This document shows positions 24,750 through 38,383 of a DNA stretch of 64,000 nucleotides, piece by piece. Below the pieces are notes generated by a model. It worked only from the letters and a program-made list of their open reading frames with translations. It was not told the DNA's origin and did no database searches. The DNA is taken from the NCBI GenBank assembly GCA_964016885.1, contig OZ024742.1, positions 217,558,001-217,622,000 of the forward strand. The letters run 5' to 3'. This DNA is from Eledone cirrhosa (lineage: Eukaryota). Each line of letters begins with the position of its first letter. Position 1 is the first letter of the stretch. Made by a program: the position numbers and the translations under genes.

Positions 24750-24960
24750 GTGGCTAAAACTGCCTACCTCCAAAGGGTCTTCGGAGTACTGTTACATAAG
24801 GTGTGTAGCTTGGTAGTTAGGTAGTCACTTCAAGTAGAACTGCTGCTTCTCCACACTGAGAGATCACAACTATGGCAATACTACAGATATATGCTTATAA
24901 TGTCTAAGAAAAAAATCACAGGACAAATTTTATGGACAAAGCCAACCAACAGGAGACTGA
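24750..24960 (+). mobile_element. RTE family B 3' fragment
   Basis: Aligns to 33350-33570. Confidence 0.65.
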
Positions 24961-25390
24961 GGTAGGCGTGGGGAAAGTCTGAGGGTTACCCTGCATTTTC
25001 CAGGAAAAAAAGTTGATAGTACCCCCACCCCACACACACATGGTGCCCTAGTATGGCCACAGTCTAATGACTAAAACCATTAACAAGGGGAAAAAGGGTT
25101 TGAAGCTCCAGCAATGCTGCCTCTTTCACTAAAAGTAATCTTCAAATGTTTAGGTAAATGTTTATAGTTAGAATATATTAATATAGAAATGTAGTGGCAT
25201 TTCAACAGTTGAATCTATATTTTAAGAAGTATCCTCTATAACTTATACCGTTTCTTTATTATTTCAGAATATCACATGTCATGGGCCTTAAGGATTTCTT
25301 TGCATCAAATACATCATCAATGTTTGTCATCTTTTAAAGACTAAAGGAAATCCTACAGAACAGATACAAAAAAGTAAAAAAAGAAAGATT

Positions 25391-27271
25391 ATGGAAAATG
25401 AATTATGGGAGAAACAGGTTAAGATTAAGACTGAGCCAGAAAGGGATGATTTTCCTAATGAGGTACTGAATGAGATAGGAAAAACATACCGTTGTGATGT
25501 CTCAGGTAAATCATTCACCATAAAATGTCACAGATATATTCATACTGGACAGAAGCCATACCTCTGCAACATCTGTGGTAAATCATTTGCTTACAATGGA
25601 GCCTTAATTTTACACAAACGTGTTCATACAGGAGAGAAACCATATCACTGTGATATCTGTGGTAAATCATTCTCTATAAGTTGTAACTTAACTAGACACA
25701 AGCGTATTCATACTAGAGATAAACCATTCTCCAAAAAACGTTTTCATACAGGAGAGAAGACTTATCAATGTGACATATGTGGTAAATCATTCAAGCATAA
25801 AAGTGCCTTAACTTCTCATAAACGTGTTCATACAGGAGAGAAGCCATATCACTGTGATATCTGTGGTAAATCATTCTCTTTAAGTGCTCACTTGAAATAT
25901 CACAAAAGCATTCATACAGGCATAAAACCATACCAGTGTGATATCTGTAGTAAATCATTCTCTCGAAATGGAGACTTAAATAAACATAAAAAATTGCATA
26001 CTGGTGTTAAACCACATCAGTGTGATATCTGCGGTAAATCATTCTTTCAAAGTGGTGACTTAACTAAGCACAAACGTGTTCATACAGGAGAAAAACCATA
26101 TCAGTGTGTTATCTGTGGTAAATCATTCTCTGATGGAAGTCACTTAACTATTCACAAACGTACACATACAGGAGAGAAACCATATCACTGTGATATCTGT
26201 GGTAAATCATTCTCTGAAGGAGGTAGCTTAAATAAACACAAACCTATTCACATGGGAGAGAAGTCACATCACTGCGATGTCTGTGGTAAATCATTCTATG
26301 TAAGAAGTAGCTTAAATAAACACAAGTGCACACATACAAGAGAGAAACCCTATCACTGTGAAATCTGTAGTAAATCATTCTCTGAAGCAAGTGACTTAAC
26401 TAAACATCAACATATTCATACAGGAGAGAAAACATATCATTGTGATATCTGTGGTCAATCATTCTCTCTTAAAAATGCCTTCACTTCTCACGTACGTACT
26501 CATACAGGAGAAAAGCCATATGACTGCGATATCTGTGGTAAATCATTCACTCAAACAGCTCATTTGACATTTCACAAAAGCATTCATACAGGCATAAAAC
26601 TATTTCATTGTGATATCTGTGGTAAATCATTCTCCCAGAATGCTCTGTTAACAAAGCACAAACATGTTCATACAGGAGAGAAGCCATATCACTGTGATAT
26701 TTGTGGTAAATCATTCTCTCAAAATGCTGTATTAACTAAACACAAATGTATTCATACAGGAGAGAGGCCATATCATTGTGACATCTGTGGTAAATCATTC
26801 TATGGAAGTGGTGACCTAACTAAGCACAAACGTGTTCATACAGGAGAGAAGATATATCTCTGTGATATTTGTGGTAAATCATTCTCTCATGCAAATACTT
26901 TAACTCGGCACAAACGCATTCATACAGGTGAGAAACCATATCACTGTGATATTTGTGGTAAATCATTCTCTGATAATACTCCCTTAACAAATCACATACG
27001 TATTCATACAGGTGAGAAGCCATATCATTGTGACATCTGTGGTAAATCTTTCTCTCAGAGTGGTGACTTAACTACTCATAAACGTGCTCATACAGGAGAG
27101 AAACCATATCGGTGTGATATCTGTGGTAAATCATTCTCTCGAAACGCTAAGTTAACTAGGCACATACGGATTCATACTGGAGAGAAGCCATATAACTGTG
27201 ACATTTGTGGTAAATCTTTCTCTCAAAAACATATGTTAACTACACATGTATGTATTAATATGGAAGAGTAA
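25391..27271 (+). CDS. Multi-C2H2 zinc-finger protein, 626 aa (~19 complete fingers plus 3 degenerate), single coding exon
   Basis: Uninterrupted ORF of Cx2C-x12-Hx3H units with TGEKPY linkers; upstream splice acceptor at 25267; AATAAA downstream (~27491, ~27626). Confidence 0.93.
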   Translation: MENELWEKQVKIKTEPERDDFPNEVLNEIGKTYRCDVSGKSFTIKCHRYIHTGQKPYLCNICGKSFAYNGALILHKRVHTGEKPYHCDICGKSFSISCNLTRHKRIHTRDKPFSKKRFHTGEKTYQCDICGKSFKHKSALTSHKRVHTGEKPYHCDICGKSFSLSAHLKYHKSIHTGIKPYQCDICSKSFSRNGDLNKHKKLHTGVKPHQCDICGKSFFQSGDLTKHKRVHTGEKPYQCVICGKSFSDGSHLTIHKRTHTGEKPYHCDICGKSFSEGGSLNKHKPIHMGEKSHHCDVCGKSFYVRSSLNKHKCTHTREKPYHCEICSKSFSEASDLTKHQHIHTGEKTYHCDICGQSFSLKNAFTSHVRTHTGEKPYDCDICGKSFTQTAHLTFHKSIHTGIKLFHCDICGKSFSQNALLTKHKHVHTGEKPYHCDICGKSFSQNAVLTKHKCIHTGERPYHCDICGKSFYGSGDLTKHKRVHTGEKIYLCDICGKSFSHANTLTRHKRIHTGEKPYHCDICGKSFSDNTPLTNHIRIHTGEKPYHCDICGKSFSQSGDLTTHKRAHTGEKPYRCDICGKSFSRNAKLTRHIRIHTGEKPYNCDICGKSFSQKHMLTTHVCINMEE

Positions 27272-28269
27272 TCTTATCAATTTCAAAGGTCATTCTATAA
27301 AAAAATGTCTAATATAACTGTATTCCTACAGGAAAGAAAACATCACAACTTCCCATTACTATATTTTATGTGACCACAAATATATCTACATTGGTAGGAT
27401 AACTTGCTACTATGATATTTTTATTAAAATTATTTTTTTTACAACATACATTTATCTGACATTGTAGGAAAATAGCTGAGAAAAGTTAGAAATAAAAAGC
27501 ACGAACCATAAAAGAAAATACTTCATTATATAATAATCAGATTCAAGTATATCTTATAATGATGTGAATTTCTGTGCATTTGTCCATGTCTTTCTGGTTT
27601 TGGCAAATATAAATGTTTCAAAGTAAATAAAGCACAAAATCGAATATGTCATTACAAGTTTGGATTATTCTTCTATCACAAAAGAAATGTTGTTATTTGA
27701 TTTATAATCAAAGAGTCAATGAAAAAACTTTCATTTGAAAAGCAGTATGGGTTCCTAACTGATCAAAGAACCTGTGCTAGGCTGTTTTAATCATGCCTCT
27801 GCTTATTACTGATACATTACAAATACATTGCAAAACATACGCACATACAAATATTGAAACTAGCAGAAAAAATATTCAAAGGGTGGTATTTCTGTTTGTA
27901 TATATACACCAACATAGTGATGGTTTACAGTAAAAATATTTAATTTAATAATTCCTTGATTGCAATATTCTATGCTTGAATCCTTGATTTTTTTTTTCCT
28001 TGCCCTCTCTCCCTCATCATTCTGGCCAACATTGTATTTCATTTTACAGTCATTTAAATCAATTAATAATAATTTTCTTTAATTGTTTTCAAATATATAT
28101 CCAACAAATTATAATGGCTTTGTTCTACCTCTCTATCTTAGGACTGCTATTGGGATTTGTGTTTTGTCTTCACCCCCAAAATAGATACATTAGTAAATGT
28201 AGACAGGTAGGCAAGTAGATAGATAGATGAACAGGTAGGTAGGCTTCATCAGGACTCTGTCCTCAATGT

Positions 28270-28920
28270 AAAATATGATACACAAGAGGTGTAGTGGGAT
28301 AGTAAACAGAATAACAGAAAAGGTAGTCTTAGTATGTGACATACATGGTGGTAGTAAGGACACTAGCCAAATGAACTTTTTCCAATCTTGAGAACGTCCT
28401 ATAGACGTTGTTGTTAGCTAGGTGACCTAATTAAGTTTCCATCCCGTTCTTATTCTGGCTGCTATGTTTTCAGTGTAATCTCATCAATATGGAAAACAGG
28501 TGTTAAATGATCATGATGGCAAATTAACTCTGAAAAATATCACGAGAATATGAGCAAGATGAAAAAGGTTGAGGGGCTACTACTCCTGTTGAAAATGAAA
28601 GAATTTTCTCTTCAAGCAAAAGGCTGCAAGAGAATGGACTGTTGCATGGCAGTGAATGTTGAGGATATCCAATGGCTAGAGAGAAGTGAGTTGTGTATGC
28701 TCCAATGGATGTGTAATGTTAGTGTGTATGGATGATATAGAAAAGCTGAATAAATACAATAAATGTGATGAATGTTGGGTAAAGATGTACCAGAAGTTGC
28801 CAGCAGCTTAGTCTGTATGAGAAAAAGCTGGGTAGACATTGAGAGGTCACAGAACATTACAAATGGGGAGATGCTGTGTTGGAAGAGTCATCCAACCCAT
28901 GTAAGTATGAAAAAAAGGTA
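28270..28920 (+). mobile_element. Decayed RTE LINE 3' fragment
   Basis: HKRCSGI and LERSELCMLQWMCNV remnants; CCAACCCATG tail. Confidence 0.6.
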
Positions 28921-29610
28921 TGTAATGTCATGAGTTTGATTCCCAGTAGTATGTTGTATCCTTGAACAAGACACTTTATTTTACATGCCAATCCACTGAG
29001 CTGGAATAAATTAGATGTACCTGTAGTTCAAAGGTCCAGCCTTGTTACAATGAGTCTTCCTGAGAATTCCGTCTGTGGAATGCTCAGCCACTTGCATGTT
29101 AATTTCATGGAACACTCATCATTGGTATTGACTGATCCAATATATTTATATAGATACATACAGGTATATGAAAACCAATCTCAGGAAGCTAAATCCTGAT
29201 AAAAAGAACATCCAGCTGTAGAAAACTTGCCAAACAAAAGATCGATGGGTCTCAGATCTCAAAAACTTAACCGTCATGGGGCTGCCATCGGAATCGAATG
29301 TACCAAGTACATTCAGTGTGGAAATGTAAGCGAGATGCTGTTCCCGACCAGTATGAGAATTTAGTAGTTCCCATTAAGTACTGAGTAGCAGGGTAAACAG
29401 GCATTAAATGATGACAATAGTTTTACATTATCAATAGATAGATAATAAAAAAAAATTTCCACTCTACATGGCTGAATACAATAAATGTAATCAGTTTTTT
29501 GAATATTAATAATAATATTTGATTCGTTGGCAATCTTGCAAACAAGCCTCCTTTTTAAAGCCATGTCAGAATGAGCCCCTCATTCTTGCTCTTGTGTTGG
29601 CATGTAAACA

Positions 29611-29657
29611 GAACTGCAAACACTGTTTCTGGGTATTACCCTTCATCAGTACAATTC
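29611..29657 (-). ncRNA. Minimal type I hammerhead ribozyme motif (degenerate)
   Basis: GAATTGTA-CTGATGA-A-GGGT AAT ACCC-A-GAAA-C AGT G-TT-TGCAGTTC; stem I fully paired including GU pairs. Confidence 0.65.
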
Positions 29658-29874
29658 ACTTTTCACCTGCCAACTGTCAGAGCTAGTGAATTTTTTATTA
29701 TTTGAATATAGCAAAGCCGGCCATTGATCACTCGTATACAGAAAACTGACTGGCCAGTCTGCTGATATGCAAATCTGGCTGATCAGTGGATCTACTAATA
29801 TGCAGATCTGACTGATCAGCCAATGAGTCGCTGTATATTTTAGAAAATATATATTTTCACTAGCTCTGGCAGGT

Positions 29875-29921
29875 GAACTGTACTGATGAAAAGTAATATC
29901 CAGAAACAGTGTCTGCAGCTC
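29875..29921 (+). ncRNA. Minimal type I hammerhead ribozyme motif (degenerate stem II)
   Basis: GAACTGTA-CTGATGA-AAAGTAATATCCA-GAAA-C AGT G-TC-TGCAGCTC. Confidence 0.55.
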
Positions 29922-30391
29922 TGTTTACATGCCAACACAAGAGCAAAAATGAGGGGCTCATTCTACTGACATGGTTTTAAAAATGAGGCTTGTTTGCATA
30001 ATTGCAAATGAATTGAATCATCATCACCGTTTTACGTCCATTCTTCCACGCTGGCATGGGTTAGACGGGTTGTCCTGTTGTGGGCAGTGCCCAGTCGGCT
30101 GACCATGTCTTGCTCATACAGGAACTGATTCTGGCTTGATTATTATTAATATTCGAAAAACTCAGATTACATTTAATAGATGGATATATTTCCACATTGA
30201 TGCTATGTGAGGCCGATTGTCGCACTTGATGGTGAATTGGTCCCCTCCCGCCCCATTTTTTATCACTCTCGCGTTTATATTTGTATGTATTATGTATTTT
30301 TGTGGTTTTCGTACTGTAAGAATTATATTTCTATACAACTGCAAATAAAAGATTTTAAAGAATAAAAACACAAGTACAATTACAATTGTGT

Positions 30392-30589
30392 GCACGCGTC
30401 TTCTATCGCGCATGCTTAACCGCATATAGACATCTTCCATTCAATGAAAGTACCCTCCATCTGTACCATGATGTATTATTGAAAAGTAGTGATATTTATC
30501 TACTATAATATATATATATGTAGGGAGAGGGAAAGAGAATACTGGTAAATATTCTCTATTCAACACTACGTACATCTTATTTACACGAG
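30392..30589 (+). promoter_or_regulatory. Putative promoter and non-coding exon 1 of ZNF locus 2
   Basis: Paralog of 22937-23233; donor GAG|GTATTT at 30590; acceptor TTTCAG| at 36074. Confidence 0.55.
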
Positions 30590-31029
30590 GTATTTATTCA
30601 TCTTAAAGTTACTTTCTTTATTCCATAGTCTTTTCTTTGAGCTATCATTGATGGCAAATTCTTATAAGAACTCTTAAAATCAAGCTTTCCGATGTACCGC
30701 ATGCTTGTATTAAACTAACGTAATTAATGAAGAGAATGAAAATAAAATGAAATGAAGTTTCGGAATTCTAAATTTCGAACCTAGAGATTTATTATTCTTG
30801 ATTCCATCATCTCCCTGCAGGAACGTTTTCATTTTTACCTGCTATTTCTTGTATATCGAGAGGCTCCCTTGTTAGTTGGTGAGAATTAGCAGAAGGAAGG
30901 ACTGGGGTGTGATGTGAGGGAAATTTGGTTGTTAGACTTTTTATATGAAGAGTCCACGCTGAAACTTCCTTGTTAGTTCCTGTGAAATAGCAGAAGAGGG
31001 GTGATTTTAAAAAAAAGCAAGTGAGCTTC

Positions 31030-33741
31030 TACAATAGAAAAATATATTGCAGTCCCCATTCCATGCTGCAAAAATTGGCGATGGGCCTACGACCTGTCCC
31101 AAGACCCCAAAGAGGGGCTGGGAGGAAACAAACCATGGCAGTTTGAACTTGGAACATCACAACTCTTACAGGTAAGGAGCAGGAACTAGTAGAAGAGGCT
31201 GTATGCTACCAGCTGGATATAGTCAGTTTCCTCAACTCAACAAAGTTTGGTGGCTTTGAAACTAGATTTGGATAGAGGTTGGAAATGCCACTATTCAGGT
31301 GTGGAGCCAGAAATGACTGCACAGGCGGGCGTGGGGATACGCACAAGCTCCAGGTTGTCAGATGTGTTATAGATTGGATTCCATTAGAGGGAGGATAGGT
31401 CTCTGTGGGTGGTTTAAGTTTATGCACTAAACAAGGAGTCCCAATACAGGTCCTTCTTTGACAAACTCACTGCAGCGTTAGATGTAGTTAAGACAATCAT
31501 GTATCCTGATGGGAGAGTTCAATGCACATGTTGGCAGTGACAACCTGACATAGAAAAGAGTGATTAGAAGTAATGGGGACTCTGATCTAAATACGAATGG
31601 AGAGACATTACTAGTCTTCTGTTCTAGAAATGGACTCTCTATTATGAACACCTTCCAGCAAAGAGACATCCATAAATATACATGGTATAAGGGGAATCAG
31701 GAACAGAGATCAATAATTGATTTTGTTATTGTCCCTGATCTCTAATTCTTGGCTGGGTGTTTGTATTAAGAAAGGGGATGAGCTGTCAACTGATCACCAT
31801 CTAGTTATCTGCATCTTGAGACTACCTAAAGCCAAAGAAACCCATAAAACTGGCAGGTCCAGGGCGAACTACATGATAAAGTGGGATCATTGGTGGATAA
31901 GGATGTCATGACCAGATATGCAGATACTATTGCATCCAAATTTAGAGAACTCCCTGAGTAAACTGAGGATGTTGAGACAGAGTGGAGATTGTGCAGTGCA
32001 GCAGTTTCTACATCAGCTGTTAAATGCTGCAGGCAAAAGAGGCTTGGTGTGGTGCCAGTTGGCAGGGGGACCCTTGCTTCAATCAAGAGGTCAAAGATGC
32101 CATCCAAGCAAAGAAGGAGGTTTACAAGTCCCCCCTTCTTTCACTTGCGGTACAAGTAGGCACAAATAACCGCAGCAGAGCTGTAAAGGCATCCAAAGTT
32201 AAGACATGGGAGAACTTTGAGGTTAAGCTGGAATCCAACTCCAGATCAGCAAATAAAATGATCTGCTGACTTTGTGATTTGAAGCCCTCCTACACACCTG
32301 CTATTAAAGACACGTCTGGGGTTCTCTTCTTTTCAGAGGGGTGGAGAGAATACTTTGCTGATCTCCTAAGCCTGATCACAACAGCATCTTTTGATGTATA
32401 CGAGGTGCATCTGGGAGTGGTGACTAATCTCTCAGACAGGTCACAAGAGCTGAAATATGACAAGGCGATTGGGAAAGATGATATCCGGCCCAAGATGTTA
32501 AAAGCCTTAAATAGAGATGGTATTCTCTGGCTGACACTTGTATGCTGGATAGCCTGGATCTCTGGAAAGGCACAAGCAATGGCAATCAGGAGTGATAATT
32601 CCAATTTTCAAATTGGGATTATCACTGACCAAATATTCACACTGCGTCAGGTCTTGAAGAAATCATGGGAGTATTGCCAAGAGGTGTATTCTTGTTTTGT
32701 CGACCTTGAAAAGGAAAACGCCTTCCTCGGACCCTGCAGGACTATTGAATCGATGGTCAGCTTCTTACTGCTCTGATGTCTCTACGAATGCCTCAGTATT
32801 TGTGTTCAAATAAATGGTGCTAAATTGAAACCATTCAATGTGGGAGTCAGACTCCGCTAAGGATGCGTACTGTCACCTCTCCTGTTCATTATTTACATGA
32901 ACAGGATTGACATGTGCAGCCAAGCTGGAAGTTGTATCATGACTGATGGGTGTAAAATCAATTGGTTGGAATTTACAGATGACATGGTGTTACTTAACTC
33001 AACAGAAAGTGCCGAGTGCTGCATGACTGGAATGAAAATCAATGCTACGAAGACTGAGACATTTGTCCTCTCAGGGAAGCCTGTGTAGTGCACTCAACAT
33101 GTGAATTAAGTTCCACTGAAGCAGATTGAGAAGTTCAAGTATCTTGGGGCTCTGTTCATGAGTGATGGAAGGCAGGAGGCTGAAGTAAGTGCCAGAATTG
33201 CAGGAGCTGGTACAGTGATGTACCAGCTTCAGTAATCAGAAGAAGGGAGTTAGGTGTAAAAACCAAACTCGCTATTTTTCAATTCGTTATTCATGCAAAC
33301 CCTTACCTATGGTCGTGAATCTTAAGTAATAACCAAAAGAATATGATTGCGAATACAAGCGCCTGAAATAGGGTTCCTCTAAAGGGTCTTTGGAGTAATG
33401 TTACTTGAGAAAGTGCGTAGCTCGGAGATCAGAGAGTCACTCCAGGTAGAGCCCCTATTCCTCCAAATGGAGAGATCACAGCTCTGATATTATGGACATG
33501 TGTATAGAATGTCTCAGGAAAGAATTGCTGGACAGATTTTCTGGGCAAAACCAACCAGCAGGATACCCAGGGGTAGAACCCTAACAAGATGGTTGAATAA
33601 CACCCATGAGTTTGGCTGGTCTTGCTTGGGGATCCAGCCAGATCATTTGGAGATGGTTGCTTCTGATAGGACCCACTGGAAGAAGTGCTTAAGGACTTTG
33701 CCCCCATGGCCCTCTCAGGAATAAGTGGGCGAAGAAGAAGA
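31030..33741 (+). mobile_element. Near full-length decayed RTE family B LINE (intronic)
   Basis: WNITTLTGKEQELVEE endonuclease start, GEFNAHVG, SIIDFVIV, TDHHLV, RT remnants, (GAA)n tail. Confidence 0.88.
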
Positions 33742-33839
33742 GCCTCTATGTGGTCACTTGATATTCTTGAAATAGCAACCAATTTTCTCTTACATCAACC
33801 CCACCCGCCTTTCTTCTGTTTTCCACGTACTATCAATGA

Positions 33840-34870
33840 GTACAGTACAGTAGCTAGAGTCAGAACTGGATGGAAAAAGTTCAGAGAGCTTATACCACTA
33901 TTAGCCGCTAGAGGGTTCTCCCTAAAAATGAAAGGCAGGTTATACGATGCCTGCATACGAACAGCAATGCTGCATGGCAGTGAGACCTGGGCATTGTGCG
34001 CAGAGGATATACGCAGACTAGAGAGGAACGAAGCTTGCATGCTCCGCTGGATGTGCAATAGTAATATACGTGAACGGCTAAGCATAAACGAACTAAGGAA
34101 AAAATTAGAAATAAGAGGGATCAGATGTTGTTTACTCGAGAGAAGGCTACGTTGGTACGGTCACGTGATGCGCATGAAAGACGACAGCTGTATAACAAAG
34201 TGCAGGGCAATAAAGATAGACGGTAGCCACGGAGTAGGCAGACCCAGAAAAACCTGGGACGACATGATAAATTCCGACCTCACACGCTTACACCTCTCCA
34301 AGACAATGTCACTGGACCGAGACCTTTGGCGGTACTCAGTAATAGAGAAGACCCGCCTTACCTAAATACAAAGTAAAAACCTACTACAGTCAGTAGGCAT
34401 CTCTATCAAAACACACCCCGTCCCACCACCTCCACCCCATCCACACCGCCCCCTTCAATGTAAAGTTATGTTGGTGCCACAACATCCAGGCCGAAACAAA
34501 TGAGATTGTGTAGGTGTCACGACAAAAAACACACAGTCCACGCTGTAAATGTGGCCGTGTAGGCAACACGGTAAAAACCTCCCAGCCCCACACTGTAAAT
34601 GTGGTTGGTGTTAGGAAGGGCATCCAGCTGTAGAAAACCCGCTAGACAGTCCACGCTGTAATGTGGCCGTGTAGGCAACACGGTAAAAACCTCCCAGCCC
34701 CACACTGTAAATGTGGTTGGTGTTAGGAAGGGCATCCAGCTGTAGAAAACCCGCCAGACAGTCCTATGCGAGCAAGACAACCACTCTTGCCTCAAGTGGG
34801 AAAACCCCCGTCCAAACCCATGCAAACGTGGAACACGGACGCTAAACCTGATGATGATGATGATGATGAT
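33840..34870 (+). mobile_element. RTE family C LINE 3' end with ~120-bp duplicated 3'UTR module and (GAT)n tail
   Basis: ORF end [13 protein letters not shown]...GRPRKTW; near-identical copies at 52937-53735 and 54737-55575. Confidence 0.88.
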
Positions 34871-35439
34871 CAATGCAACCTGTATGTTAGGAATCTTAAA
34901 CACGGGACTTGCAAACCACTTTTTTATTGCCTGCAGCAGAACAATTTTCATGACTATTTTCCCCTCACCTCTTCCACACTCTTCAACAGCAGTATTAAGC
35001 TTGACCTGAAATCATTAGAATAAATAGCAGCCTATCAGCTACATTGCAATTAGCATTATAACTGGTGGAAATTCAACCCCCATCTTGGTCTGCTGTGCCT
35101 CTCCCCCATGACATAATGGGCCCTGAGTTTTAGACTCCCTTCTCCATGTGGTCTCTTGACATGCTAAAAACAGCAGGAAAAAAATAAAACATTACCTAGA
35201 AGAGTTTGCATTTCGTTTTACATAATCATAAATCTCGCTGTATTAAATTATAGATTCCCGTAGGAGGGTGGGATAATAAATAAAATGTTTTGGCCATATA
35301 TGCTGGATACTTATTAAGAAACTCTACTGAAATCTATATTTTAATTTTTACCCAATTTCCTTCATATTAAAACTCAGTATTTTAATCAATTTGCTGTTAT
35401 ATACAACTTTCTTTGATAATCAACCATTCATTATCAAAA

Positions 35440-35650
35440 ACCATAGGGTCTTTAGAGTGCGTAGCTGGACAGATTTTATGTGCAAAACCAACCGGCAGGA
35501 AACTCAGGGGTAGACCCTGAGCAAGATGGTTGGATAACATCCATGAGCTTGGCTCACTTGGAGACAGTTGCTTCTGACTGGACTCACTGGAAGGAGTGTT
35601 TGAGGATTCTGCCCCAATGACCCTCTCAGGAATAAGTGGGCGAAGAAGTT
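35440..35650 (+). mobile_element. RTE family B 3' tail fragment
   Basis: Matches 33520-33741. Confidence 0.75.
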
Positions 35651-35943
35651 GAAGAATCAACCATTCAAATTTTATCATTATATTGATAAATAAATGTAAC
35701 ATTAACTTTCATTTCATTTACGATTAATGGTGGATGTTGTCTTATTCACTGTGATCTTAAATCGAAAGATTGTGCTGGAGTTTTTGTTCATTTGTCATAC
35801 AAACACTACACTCTCACTAAAACATTCTAAAATGTTAACTTTGTATTCATGGAACACATAAAATGCGAGATAAAAGGTGAAGACGAGCAAATGGTCTAAA
35901 AATGTATTTTCTATCAAATGTTTTCTCTCTCGATATATGTATG

Positions 35944-35984
<41 letters not shown>

Positions 35985-36413
35985 TGGTTCGTTGGATTGT
36001 AATTAAATTTCCACAGTTGAATCTATATATTTTAAGTATTCTCTATAGTTTATATTGTTTCTTTATTGTTTCAGAGTATCAGATGACATTAGCATTAACC
36101 AATTTGTTACATCAGATACATCATCAATATTTATTATCTTTTAAGGACTAAAAGAAGACATTATACAGAACACATACAAGAAAAGAGAGAGAAAAAGAAA
36201 AAATATGGAAAATGAATTATGGGAGATATGGGTTAAGATTAAATCAGAGTCTGAAAGAAATGATTTTTCTGATGATGTACTCAAAAGTTGGGAAAAGTAT
36301 CACACAATTGTGATGTCTGTAGTAAATCATTCACCCAAAAATGTCAACTAACTTCTCATGAACACATTCATACAGGAGAGAAGCCATATCCCTGTGACAC
36401 TTGTGGTAAATGA

Positions 36414-36599
<186 letters not shown>

Positions 36600-37335
36600 T
36601 AACTAAACACAAACGTATTCATACTGGTGAGAAACCTTATCAGTGTGATATTTGTGGTAGATCATTTTCTGAAAGATCTAACTTAACTCAACACAATCAC
36701 ATTCATACTGGAGAGAAATCATATAACTGTGATATCTGTGGTAAATCATTCTCTCGAAATACAGCATTAACTATACATAAACGTACTCATACAGGAGAAA
36801 AACCACATCACTGTCATATCTGTGGTAAATCATTCTCTAAAAATACTGCATTAAATATACACAAACATATTCATACAGGCTTGAAGCCACATCAATGTGA
36901 CATTTGTGGTAAATCATTCTCTACAAATAAAGGCGTAACTAAGCATAAATATGTTCATACAGGAGAGAAGCCATATCTCTGTGATATATGTGGTAAAACA
37001 TTTTCTGAAAGATGTAGCTTAACTGTTCATAAACCTATCCATACAGGAGAGAAGCCGTATCACTGTGATATCCATGGTAAATCATTCTCTCAAAATGCTG
37101 TGTTAACTTTACACAAACGCATTCATACAGGCGAGAACCTATATCATTGTGATATTTGTAGGAAATCATACTTAAAACGTTCTTCATTAAATACACACAA
37201 CCTTATTCATACAGGCAACAAACCTTATCAGTGTGATGTGTGTGGTAAATCATTCTCTCAAAATGTTGTATTGACTATACACAAACGTATCCATACAGGA
37301 GAGAAGCCATATCACTGTGGCAAATCATATTCTAG

Positions 37336-37830
<495 letters not shown>

Positions 37831-38383
37831 TTGGCGACCCTGACGATAAAGAATGAAAACGCAGCCTATTGGAGTCCGAAATTCTTTTTAACGGCAATGT
37901 GGAATGGCTTAACATTTGGAATGTCCGAATCACTTAGCGTAAGTCCATAAAATTCATTATATTCCATTTGTTATAGCACGCATACAAACAAACACAAAAA
38001 TACAACACACAACAAAAAAAAAAAAAAGGATTTCTCTGGATATAGAATTTTGCTTCCAACATTCTGTGGAAATTACAAATGGAGATATTCCGTTTTCCCG
38101 CGTTCAGCTTGTCTTCTCCAATCCCAGCTATCTGATTGGCTGCATCGTGCCTCATGACGTCTTCATCACGGACACATTTTTAAATCAGCCATCTTGGATT
38201 TTCTTACCATTAATTTTCATAGAAAATGATTTTTTTTTATTATTAAAATTTTCTTTAGAATATTTTTTTTTAAAGAAAAAAATTAGCAGTGTTTCAAAAC
38301 GGCTACCACCAATTACCAGCAATCAGCAGCAACACCTGGCTAACTATTGACCAACACCAAAAAGTCATCAAATACGTGGCACC

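Larger units (their letters stand above)
29484..30173. mobile_element. Long palindrome, probably head-to-head Penelope-type pLTR pair; right arm interrupted by a short RTE/SINE tail (~30018-30140)
   Basis: 29484-29712 is the reverse complement of 29830-30017 plus 30140-30173; each arm carries a hammerhead motif. Confidence 0.75.
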
